Shown here one piece after another: positions 24,475 to 32,000 of a stretch of 32,000 bases of DNA. The notes beneath the pieces are model-generated. The model was not told the DNA's origin. It searched no databases and saw only the letters and a program-made list of their open reading frames with translations. The DNA comes from an archaeon (GTDB taxonomy: Archaea; Iainarchaeota; Iainarchaeia; Iainarchaeales; CSSED10-239). The stretch spans positions 23,875 through 55,874 of the forward strand of contig DAOOUC010000005.1 of NCBI GenBank assembly GCA_035390665.1, written 5' to 3'. The position numbers were made by a program, and so were the translations under genes. Each line of letters opens with the position of its first letter. Position 1 is the first letter of the stretch.

Positions 24475-25025
24475 TGAAACCTAAATTAAAAATTCCAGAA
24501 AGAATTTCAAAAATTAAAGAGCAATTAACAGGGATACCACTAACTGCAAATAAACACAACACAGTATATGAAGGGAACTATAATATCATTAAATTAAAAA
24601 TCTACGACAGATTAGGTAGAAACGCTGTAGAACATTCAGCATTAAGAATTAATTACTTAAGAAATTTGGGCTTCTCTTCTAAAGGAATAACTAGACAAAA
24701 CCTAAAAGAAATGGACACTTTGATAAAAGAGACATTAAAGATTGCTAAAGAAAAAAACATTAAAATAATTACATTTAGTACGTGGATTTTTTTTGAGCAC
24801 CCGGAAATTGAAACTTATTTTAAAAAAAGATATAATCTAGAATTATTTGCTGATCACACCTTAGACAAATCGAGCCTTTTTGAAAAAAAATTTGAAAACA
24901 AAAGAATAAAAGGTATAGATTTTAAAAAAAGAACAATAATTTATACTGATTCTAAAGGTAGATTACATGAAAATTATTTTGCATTTATTGATATGCCAGA
25001 ATATGCATTTAAAATAAAAGACTAA
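24474..25025 (+). CDS. hypothetical protein, translationally coupled to hel308
   Basis: The ATG overlaps the hel308 TGA by 1 nt (tTGATGa). About 183 aa with the basic N-terminus MKPKLKIPERISK. No family recognised. The stop overlaps the convergent truD stop. Confidence 0.5.
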   Translation: MKPKLKIPERISKIKEQLTGIPLTANKHNTVYEGNYNIIKLKIYDRLGRNAVEHSALRINYLRNLGFSSKGITRQNLKEMDTLIKETLKIAKEKNIKIITFSTWIFFEHPEIETYFKKRYNLELFADHTLDKSSLFEKKFENKRIKGIDFKKRTIIYTDSKGRLHENYFAFIDMPEYAFKIKD

Positions 25026-26296
25026 CACCATTTAGGGTCTGTTGGTTTTATTAATTCTCTTGCAAGATTTGTTGCATAATTTCCTTTATCAAGAGTAAAT
25101 GACATTGTTAATCTCAAAGACTCTGGAAACTCTTCTTGATTCTTATCGTCTGTTTCTATTTCTATAAGTTTTAAATCATAAACAGGTATTCTTATTGGCC
25201 TGTATTCTCCTTTACTTGAAAAAACAGAATGGTCTTTGTTATAAAAGTCTTGAAGGGTTATGCCTTCTTTGTCCAAGATTTCGTGCTCTATTTTTCCTGC
25301 AATACCTTCACTAAATTGTGATGCAAAGCCAAACAACGGAATTGCTATTTCTCCATTTAAGATCGTGTCTCCTTCTATTTTTGAAATTCCAAAACCTTGT
25401 TTTATTCTTTCAGTAATTATTTCATTAAAAAGAAATGATTGATATGCATGAATAAAAAGATACTGGATTGCTTTTGGTAAAACTTGAAATGCACCTAAAT
25501 AATCATCAGGGTGATTAGACAGATAATTTAAAATCGGACTTTCATAACCAGATCTTGCAGGAAATGCTCTTGCATGTTTTCCAAAGTCTAAATCTTCTTT
25601 TAACTCTTGGCGAGCTTTTGTAATTTCTTCGCTTTCGAATTCTTGTGTCTCTGTCAAATATAAAAGAATTGCATCTTTATAATTTCTCTGAAGAATTAGT
25701 TTTCCTACTCTGTGAGTTATATCTCTTAATCCACCAAATCTTTGTTCTCCAAAATAATTAATTAAACCTGTATTGTTTATTTGATTTGAGAAATTCCCAT
25801 AAAGTTCTTCTAGCTCTTCTTTTGAAAAACCTTGTATTTTCCTTACAGTAATTGTAAACCTATTTTGTTTTAAGTCTCCAATGTCTATTCTTTCTTTTGC
25901 CCACACCGGATTATATATTTTTATATTTTTAAAATAAAGCTTAGATATTCTTTCTTTAGTTGGTTCAAAGATTGAAATTCTTTGAACAGTTAATGCTCGT
26001 TTGTCTTTTAATCCAGCATAACCAATTCTTCTTTTGCTTGTTCTAAGAAATCTTGAAATTTCATTAATTGCAGAAGTTGTAGAATAATTAAATTTTTCTA
26101 AATCAACAAGCAATTGATCATTATCTTCTTTTTTTTCAAAAATAGAATCCCAATCAATTTCTGGAACTTTCTTATCAGGAAGATATGTTAACTTAGTTTC
26201 ATAAGCTCTTCCTATCTCTTCAACAATAAAGTCTTCACAGAATTGTTTAATTCTTCCGCCTGTGCCTTTTGTTGTGGTTATGTAATCAAAGTTCAT
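25022..26296 (-). CDS. truD: tRNA pseudouridine synthase TruD/Pus7 family
   Basis: GYAGLKDKRALTVQ contains the catalytic Asp motif. NYFGEQRFG is also present. 424 aa is typical of the archaeal enzyme. Confidence 0.9.
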   Translation of the reverse strand: MNFDYITTTKGTGGRIKQFCEDFIVEEIGRAYETKLTYLPDKKVPEIDWDSIFEKKEDNDQLLVDLEKFNYSTTSAINEISRFLRTSKRRIGYAGLKDKRALTVQRISIFEPTKERISKLYFKNIKIYNPVWAKERIDIGDLKQNRFTITVRKIQGFSKEELEELYGNFSNQINNTGLINYFGEQRFGGLRDITHRVGKLILQRNYKDAILLYLTETQEFESEEITKARQELKEDLDFGKHARAFPARSGYESPILNYLSNHPDDYLGAFQVLPKAIQYLFIHAYQSFLFNEIITERIKQGFGISKIEGDTILNGEIAIPLFGFASQFSEGIAGKIEHEILDKEGITLQDFYNKDHSVFSSKGEYRPIRIPVYDLKLIEIETDDKNQEEFPESLRLTMSFTLDKGNYATNLARELIKPTDPKWC

Positions 26297-26302
26297 TATT
26301 AA

Positions 26303-27538
26303 TCATTTGTATCGTAGTGTTGCACCAAGTCCACCAAAGGTTGTATAGAATTGATTTCCTTCTGGCGTATCTATTGAAATAAGGATAACTCTTGTTCCAT
26401 AATTTAAAGAAAGATCAACTAAGTAATCATAAATATCTGCAACTTCTACTTCTTCATCATCTGTTTTTCCATCACAATATTGGCAAAGTGTTGGCGTATT
26501 GTCTGCTTTTAATTTGTCTCTTATTATTTTATAAGTAAATTGACCACAAGAAACACATTTGTATTTGTGTATGATCCATTCTAGTTTTTCAGAAACTAAA
26601 ACGGTTTCAGCTTTTCCTTGCTTTATTGCCTCTATTACTTCTTGATAACCATATGTTGCAAGTCCGTTTGTTGCTATTTTTTCAATAAATTTATTTACTG
26701 TTTGTCTTTCTTTAACAATGCTTGCATCCTTTAAAATGTCTGTTGCTTTGTCAAGCATTTCTTTTATTCCTGATTCATCTGTGTAACTTGTATCAACTGT
26801 TCCCATTATAATATTTTTTAATCTATAATCTAATTCACTTTCTTCCAAGAACTCATTTTTAGTCATTCCTGGGCCACCCACAATTATTCCTTTAAGTTTT
26901 GGGATTTCAACCATACTAATATTCATTTTCTCTCCTACTCTTTTGTAGAAATCTTCAGCAGCCTTTTCTCTAAGCCTTTCAAATCTTGCAGAACTTTGTC
27001 CACCTGCTCTAGTTTTTCCTGGAACTCCACTAGTTTCGTGAAGTATTATTTGATATGATTTTCCTGTTAAAACAGCAACTGTTGCCTCTCTTTTATCAAT
27101 AGTAACAAGACCATAAACCTCGTCTGTTTGTGCCATATCTTCTAAGGGTGCTGTGTGAAATTCAGAATCACACCAATAAAGTTTTGTTGTTAATGGCTTT
27201 GGTGGAGTTACAACTAAAAGAACAACATCGTTTTTTGCAGGATTTTCAGAAACATTTCCTGAAAATAAAACTACTCCATTTTGAGGCAATTTAAAATCAA
27301 TCTGTCTTAAGTAATTAGTAAGTCGCCTTAATGCTGCCTGTACATTTTTTCTTGTCTGTTGTGATTTAATGTTCGAACTTTGTGAAATTTCATCAGTTAG
27401 TTGCTTAGTTACTGATGACCTATCCGCATTTGGAGGCACATATAGACTAATAAGTTGTGTTCCATCTCCTTTGTAGGTCTTTATTTCTTTAAGTTTCTTT
27501 TTTAGTAATAATAATTCTGATTCATCCATATTTTTCAC
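26303..27538 (-). CDS. prf1: peptide chain release factor aRF1
   Basis: Motifs NIKS (SSNIKSQ), YxCxxxF (YWCDSEF) and GGQ (RAGGQSS). The C-terminal domain carries a CxxC...CxxC insertion. Confidence 0.95.
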   Translation of the reverse strand: MKNMDESELLLLKKKLKEIKTYKGDGTQLISLYVPPNADRSSVTKQLTDEISQSSNIKSQQTRKNVQAALRRLTNYLRQIDFKLPQNGVVLFSGNVSENPAKNDVVLLVVTPPKPLTTKLYWCDSEFHTAPLEDMAQTDEVYGLVTIDKREATVAVLTGKSYQIILHETSGVPGKTRAGGQSSARFERLREKAAEDFYKRVGEKMNISMVEIPKLKGIIVGGPGMTKNEFLEESELDYRLKNIIMGTVDTSYTDESGIKEMLDKATDILKDASIVKERQTVNKFIEKIATNGLATYGYQEVIEAIKQGKAETVLVSEKLEWIIHKYKCVSCGQFTYKIIRDKLKADNTPTLCQYCDGKTDDEEVEVADIYDYLVDLSLNYGTRVILISIDTPEGNQFYTTFGGLGATLRYK

Positions 27539-27586
27539 AAATTAAAAAAAGTACTTATATAATATAAGCTTAGTAATAAATATAAA

Positions 27587-28762
27587 TTAAGAAGATTTCT
27601 TATAATTTTTTATAACATCTTTAAATGTCTTTTCATATTCAGAAATTACATTTTTCATATCGTGTTTCTTTAACATTTCTTTGTTATTTTTTTTAAATTT
27701 AGAATATAGTTTTTCATCATCAATTAATTTTATAACAGAATTGCTAAAGCCAATTTTATCTTCGACACCAACTAAAAATCCATTGTAATTGTCTTTAATT
27801 AAATATTTTACTCCATTTTCATTTACTCCAACGCACACTAATCCATTTGCTTGTGCTTCTAAGACAGATAAACCAAAGGTTTCAGTTGTTGAAGTAATAA
27901 CAAAAATATCACATGCTCCATAATATCCTTTATTTATTAATTCTTCATATTTTATTGCACCCAATAAAACAACAGAGTCTTTCAATTTTAATTTTTTTAT
28001 TTTTCTTTCAATCTCTTTTCTTTGAGGCCCATCTCCAATTAGCACTAATTTAGTTTCTGGTCTTTTTTGTTGTACTAACTTAAAGCACTCTAGAAGATAT
28101 AAAAGATTTTTTTCATATGCAAATCTTCCAACAAAAAGAAGAGTTTTGCCTTTTGATTTTATTTTCTTTTTAATTTTTAAAATTTCTGATTTTGGAGAAT
28201 TTTTTGTTTCTATACCATTTGATATTACTTTTATTGGCCTTTTACTTCCCCCCTCAATTAATCTTTGTTTAGTTATTTCTGAAGGACAAGTGATTACTTC
28301 ACAAGTATTATAATACATATTGGTGTATTTCCATGCAAGATCAATAACAAAATCGTGATCTAACTTTAAATGTTTTAGATATTCTTTTTCACAAATAAAT
28401 GTGTGATAAGTTCCAACAATTGGAATCTTTAATATTTTTGCAATAATTATGCCTTTCGCTGCAACAGTCCAAGGTGTAACAAAATAAATTACATCAATAT
28501 TATTATCTTTAATATACTTTCTTGTTCTCACACTTATTGGAGAAACCATCTTTAATCCAGTATATATGAAATTAGCTGGTTTACTTTTTACATATCTTAC
28601 TTGAATATTTGGATATTTAAAATCAATATTGTCTTTATATTTTGGAGCAACAAAATAAATTTTATGCCCTTTATCTGCAAGTCCTTTTGCAAGATTAAGT
28701 ACAGCAGTAACTACTCCGTTAATTTGTGGTAAAAAGTTATCTGTAAAAATTGCAATATTCAT
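27587..28762 (-). CDS. glycosyltransferase family 4 (GT-B, group 1)
   Basis: MNIAIFTDNFLPQINGVVTAV is a GT4 N-terminus, and the C-terminal part has ETFGLSVLEAQANGLVCV (E-x7-E region). The ATG at 28762 makes an ATGA overlap with the upstream gene; the track start at 28810 is less likely. Confidence 0.85.
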   Translation of the reverse strand: MNIAIFTDNFLPQINGVVTAVLNLAKGLADKGHKIYFVAPKYKDNIDFKYPNIQVRYVKSKPANFIYTGLKMVSPISVRTRKYIKDNNIDVIYFVTPWTVAAKGIIIAKILKIPIVGTYHTFICEKEYLKHLKLDHDFVIDLAWKYTNMYYNTCEVITCPSEITKQRLIEGGSKRPIKVISNGIETKNSPKSEILKIKKKIKSKGKTLLFVGRFAYEKNLLYLLECFKLVQQKRPETKLVLIGDGPQRKEIERKIKKLKLKDSVVLLGAIKYEELINKGYYGACDIFVITSTTETFGLSVLEAQANGLVCVGVNENGVKYLIKDNYNGFLVGVEDKIGFSNSVIKLIDDEKLYSKFKKNNKEMLKKHDMKNVISEYEKTFKDVIKNYKKSS

Positions 28763-29211
28763 AAACAATGTCCTTTTAAGCACCCTGCTTGATATGGAAA
28801 AGTAATCCACAATGAATCTTTAATGTCCCCTACAAAAAAATCTGGTTTGAAATTGTTTTTCTTCTTTCTATAAAAGACACTTGCAAGAATTATATTTTTT
28901 ACTGCTTTATTTTTCTTAATTACAAGCATTATATCATTAACTGTATCTTCTAAGATATCATCAACTAATAAAACATTTCCCTTAACTGGATAAACTGAAG
29001 AAATATTATCATCAACAGTATATCTTGCACCAAGATATTTTGCAGAAATTACTGCCAGTGGTTTATCTAACACTTCTGATAAGATTTTACCCAGAACTAG
29101 CCCACCTCTACTTATGCAAATAATAATATCTATATCTTTTTTAGAATCTTTTATTTTCTTTGCAAGATCTAAAGAAAGACTTTCAAATTCATTCCAAGAC
29201 ATTGAATACAT
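28759..29211 (-). CDS. phosphoribosyltransferase-like protein (purine PRTase-like fold, degenerate PRPP loop)
   Basis: IIICISRGGLVLGKILSEVL and NVLLVDDILEDTVND resemble type I PRTases. However, the PRPP loop has an extra residue and lacks the usual D-T-G-x-T glycine/threonine. Confidence 0.6.
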   Translation of the reverse strand: MYSMSWNEFESLSLDLAKKIKDSKKDIDIIICISRGGLVLGKILSEVLDKPLAVISAKYLGARYTVDDNISSVYPVKGNVLLVDDILEDTVNDIMLVIKKNKAVKNIILASVFYRKKKNNFKPDFFVGDIKDSLWITFPYQAGCLKGHCL

Positions 29212-29277
29212 GATATATTATTAAAACTAAATCTTTTAAATACTAACACTTATTAGAAAAAATAAAAAATAAAGAAA

Positions 29278-29523
29278 CTATACAGGACAATCCTCTGGGC
29301 AACTAAGTGGGGTCTCTCCAATTTCATATTCACAAAAGCCATTTCCGCATTTATTTGCTTGCGAAAAATCTGGTCTAGTATAGAAAATTATTGGTTTAAC
29401 ACTTAAGAAACCAAGAGTTGTAGTTGTACTTATTTCTCTTTCTTGTATATATCCTTCTAAGAAAACTGCCGCGCAAACTAATGCAACAATAGTTATCCCT
29501 AGATAGACTGTATTTTTATCCAT
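29278..29523 (-). CDS. small membrane-anchored/secreted Cys-rich protein
   Basis: GGAGG SD, N-terminal hydrophobic helix (VYLGITIVALVCAAVFL), and C-terminal CGNGFCEYEIGETPLSCPEDCP module. Confidence 0.5.
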   Translation of the reverse strand: MDKNTVYLGITIVALVCAAVFLEGYIQEREISTTTTLGFLSVKPIIFYTRPDFSQANKCGNGFCEYEIGETPLSCPEDCPV

Positions 29524-29745
29524 ATTTTTCCTCCGCTGTTAGGTTTTCTTTGATTCTTTTAAGCCAAGGAAAGATTTTTGTATTTTAGGCTGCGGGATTT
29601 AAAATCAATAGTTATCCCTATAACTGTTATGCTCTAACTAAAAACAAAAATTTTTCTTTTTAGTGCTTGAAACTTAAAAGAAACGTTTTTTTTCAAAAAA
29701 GTAAATAAAGATAAGAAGAAATCTATTAAATATATTTTCGGTTTG

Positions 29746-29780
29746 AAAAACAAAAACAAAATAAAAAAGAAAAAGAAAAG
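29746..29780 (-). terminator. oligo-T-rich tract downstream of the 29812..30447 gene
   Basis: On the minus strand there are successive T5, T5, T4, T6, T5 and T4 runs, 32 to 66 nt after the TAG stop. Archaeal RNAP terminates at oligo-T. Confidence 0.45.
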
Positions 29781-29811
29781 ACAACCCTTGATTATCTTTA
29801 GAAAATTAATT

Positions 29812-30447
29812 CTAAATTCTTTTAGCTTTTCTTAAAATATTTTTATGAATATAGTCTGATTCTAAAAACTCTTCACCAAGATTGCTATATTTAAATACCG
29901 CTCTTGTTGTCTCCTGTAATATTGCCATACAATCTCCATAATCAATACCATAAGTTTTATTCTCACCTATTGTTTTAATATATTCTTGTCTTAATTCTTG
30001 CACAAACCTATCCTTAAACTTCTGAAAATATGCTCTAGTATTTACTTTAGAAATAGGTTCTCCGCGTCTTGCACTTGCAACTTTTATAAAAGTTCGATAT
30101 GTATTTTTTATGATATCATCTATAGAATAAGAAACTAATCCTCCGAGATTCAATATTTTATTGATTCTTTTGACCATTTCAACATTTTGCCTTTCTTTTC
30201 TTTGATAATTTCTTTGCTGCAATACGCGGCTATTTATTGATTCTTTAGATATTGGCTGAGGCTTTTCGTATTTTTTAGAACTTTCAACTACGGCTTTTTC
30301 AAATTTATTTAATTTATCTATTTTTACTAATCTTCCTGTTTTTGCATCTCTTGCAACCCCTAAAGATAATCTTCCATTTACTGATGTTGTTTTCTTAAAT
30401 ATCTTTTTTTGTAATGGTGTTAATGGGGCTTTTCCTTTTACTGGCAT
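29812..30447 (-). CDS. hypothetical basic protein downstream of the HerA-like ATPase
   Basis: 211-aa ORF with a GGAGG SD 8 nt upstream. The N-terminus is MPVKGKAPLTPLQKK. No family recognised. Confidence 0.55.
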   Translation of the reverse strand: MPVKGKAPLTPLQKKIFKKTTSVNGRLSLGVARDAKTGRLVKIDKLNKFEKAVVESSKKYEKPQPISKESINSRVLQQRNYQRKERQNVEMVKRINKILNLGGLVSYSIDDIIKNTYRTFIKVASARRGEPISKVNTRAYFQKFKDRFVQELRQEYIKTIGENKTYGIDYGDCMAILQETTRAVFKYSNLGEEFLESDYIHKNILRKAKRI

Positions 30448-30539
30448 GTTTTATTCCTCCGAATTATCATTTATTAAAATTAATATATTAATGATAAATA
30501 GACAGATTTTTAAATCTGCTTTGAAATCAACATCTGATA

Positions 30540-32000
30540 TTAAATTAAATCCTCAAGATCTTTGTTGGCTTCTTGCTTTTTGTCTTCAAAGGATTTTGCA
30601 AGACCTGATAAAGAAACATCAAGATGAGATTCTTGGGATTTTCTTTTTCTTACTTTGAAGAAAACAGGATAAGAACTTGCTTCTCCAACAATTAGTGCTT
30701 CACCTACACGAAGAGATGTTATCATATTAATAGAATTTTGGTCAAGACCTTCGCTTGATTCGCCTATGTGCTTTAAATCATAAGGGTTGGTGATTCTAAG
30801 AATTATATGTGTGTTTGCTTGAGACAATATGGTTGTGGAAAGTTTTACTGGTCTTTGAGAAATTAACCAAACACTTGCTCCAAACTTTCTCCCTTCTCTA
30901 GCTATTGTTTCAAGAATTGTTTTTGCAAGAGCATTTTCTCTACTTGCCATCTCTGGAGCATATTGATGTGCTTCTTCAACTACAAGAGTAAATGGTGGAA
31001 CTTTTGTGTTTTCCATTCTTGCTCTAAACAGTTTGTTTGCAAAATAAGAAAGTATAATTTGTTTTTTCTTTTTATCTATCTCTCTAGAAAGATCTATGAT
31101 TGTTAATTTTCCTGGAGAAACTACATCATTAATTGAAGGATAATCTATTTTATCAAACAAACGATAATGCTCTAAATCAAGAAGTCTATCTTTTAGATTT
31201 TTAATAGTTTTATCTTCTTCTCCTGAATTATCTATTTCTTTAACAATTGTTTGTAAGGAATAAGGGCCAGCACCGTGTTTTTTGTCTTCGTTTAGTTTAT
31301 TTATTATTTTTGATAACTTTATTTTTTGTGGTGCAGTTAATTCAGGAATTAATGTGGAATAGAATCCTGCAGATAAACCGGTGCACCCAATCTTAACATC
31401 CTTTGAATCAATTAAAGTTACCTTATTTGAATAATCAATTTTGGATTTATCGGTTGAGGGATTTGCAAAAGAAGAATATTCTCCGTGTGTATCAAATAAC
31501 ACAACAGCAATTCTGCCTTGCTCTTTTGTTCTATCAAGAAGTTCTTCAATGATAACAGAAGTTAAATAACTTTTTCCTGCACCTGATTGTGCAAGTATTG
31601 CTAGATGCTTTTGTAGCAACCTGTCCATATTAAGAGTAACATCAAGATTTGGGTGCTCAATTGCTCCTAAGAAAACACCAGACTTATCAAAGTGAAGAAA
31701 TTTTCCAAGAACTACTGGGTCTGCTAGATAAACCTTTTGACCTGGAGAAACTGGAAGGTTTGTTCTTGTAAAACCATTAGCAACAGAATAAACACCAAGA
31801 GGCTTAACAACAGCCTCTAGAAACTCCCATTCATCACTTGGAAATAATTTCTTAATATCTACATTATTATTTTCAAAATCTTTAACAGAATCCGAATTTT
31901 CAAAATATCTATTTCTTTTTATAACATCTGTGACAATACCAATAAGTGATCCTTGAGAATAATCAATCTGAATATACTCTCCTTTAAATACGTCATTTTT
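30540..32000 (-). CDS. HerA-like (DUF87/COG0433-type) ATPase, 5' end beyond window
   Basis: Walker A ILAQSGAGKS, Walker B FTLVVEEAHQY, SQRPVKLSTTILSQANTHIILRITNP. I translated upstream of the track start: the frame stays open to nt 32000 (...KGEYIQIDYSQGSLIGIVTDV...VYLADPVVLGKFLHFDKSGVFLGAIEHPNLDVTLNM-DRLL), which is the N-terminal barrel region expected in HerA. Confidence 0.85.
   Translation of the reverse strand, partial: KNDVFKGEYIQIDYSQGSLIGIVTDVIKRNRYFENSDSVKDFENNNVDIKKLFPSDEWEFLEAVVKPLGVYSVANGFTRTNLPVSPGQKVYLADPVVLGKFLHFDKSGVFLGAIEHPNLDVTLNMDRLLQKHLAILAQSGAGKSYLTSVIIEELLDRTKEQGRIAVVLFDTHGEYSSFANPSTDKSKIDYSNKVTLIDSKDVKIGCTGLSAGFYSTLIPELTAPQKIKLSKIINKLNEDKKHGAGPYSLQTIVKEIDNSGEEDKTIKNLKDRLLDLEHYRLFDKIDYPSINDVVSPGKLTIIDLSREIDKKKKQIILSYFANKLFRARMENTKVPPFTLVVEEAHQYAPEMASRENALAKTILETIAREGRKFGASVWLISQRPVKLSTTILSQANTHIILRITNPYDLKHIGESSEGLDQNSINMITSLRVGEALIVGEASSYPVFFKVRKRKSQESHLDVSLSGLAKSFEDKKQEANKDLEDLI

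Noticed and set aside
26303-27538. Possible stop-codon reassignment
   Set aside because: aRF1 has standard NIKS and YxCxxxF motifs. All three stop codons terminate well-supported genes in the window: TAA in most, TGA in hel308 and the PRTase-like gene, TAG in rfcL and truD. I saw no in-frame stops inside conserved genes.
29812-30447. The gene downstream of HerA as NurA
   Set aside because: It is too short (211 aa) and I could not see the NurA-type acidic catalytic motifs or any resemblance. It is kept as an orphan and flagged for a proper profile search.
30446-30658. + strand 70-aa ORF overlapping the HerA 3' end
   Set aside because: It is antisense to a well-supported ATPase C-terminus and to the intergenic promoter region. 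It has no SD and its composition is implausible.
1-32000. CRISPR arrays, rRNA genes, transposons or IS elements
   Set aside because: I found no regularly spaced direct repeats, no rRNA-like GC-rich structured stretch and no transposase or integrase-like ORF. The only repeats seen are the 9-mer triplet at 1403..1436 and the 68-nt paralog block.

Overview
This is a visibly AT-rich, very compact archaeal chromosome segment. I call 35 protein genes and 1 tRNA in 32 kb. Many genes abut or overlap, and GGAGG/AGGAG/GGTGA-type Shine-Dalgarno motifs precede many starts. Most of the content is archaeal housekeeping: RNase Z, membrane LonB protease, PCNA, two-subunit L-serine dehydratase, RFC large subunit, ABCE1, aEF-1beta with its small Zn-ribbon partner (missing from the ORF track), tRNA-Arg(UCG), class I CCA-adding enzyme, Dph2, a Fap7/AK6-like NTPase, aCPSF1/FttA, proteasome beta, an FKBP PPIase, Hel308, TruD, aRF1, a GT4 glycosyltransferase, a PRTase-like protein and a HerA-like ATPase that runs off the right edge. 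Composition, gene content and compaction fit a small-genome (DPANN-type) archaeon, but I cannot assign taxonomy without a search. Unknown content sits between these genes. (i) A tight four-gene cluster of class III signal-peptide (type IV pilin-like) proteins with Cys-rich, sequon-rich mature domains and no assembly machinery in the window. (ii) A tandem pair of orphan paralogs placed 18 nt after the tRNA and converging on cca; their last 68 nt are 67/68 identical while the rest has diverged. (iii) Several basic orphan ORFs translationally coupled to RFC-L/ABCE1, to Hel308, or sitting next to HerA. (iv) One atypically long 288-nt non-coding gap. I saw no CRISPR array, rRNA, transposase or integrase. 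All functional calls rest on motifs read by eye from the translations; no database search was possible.
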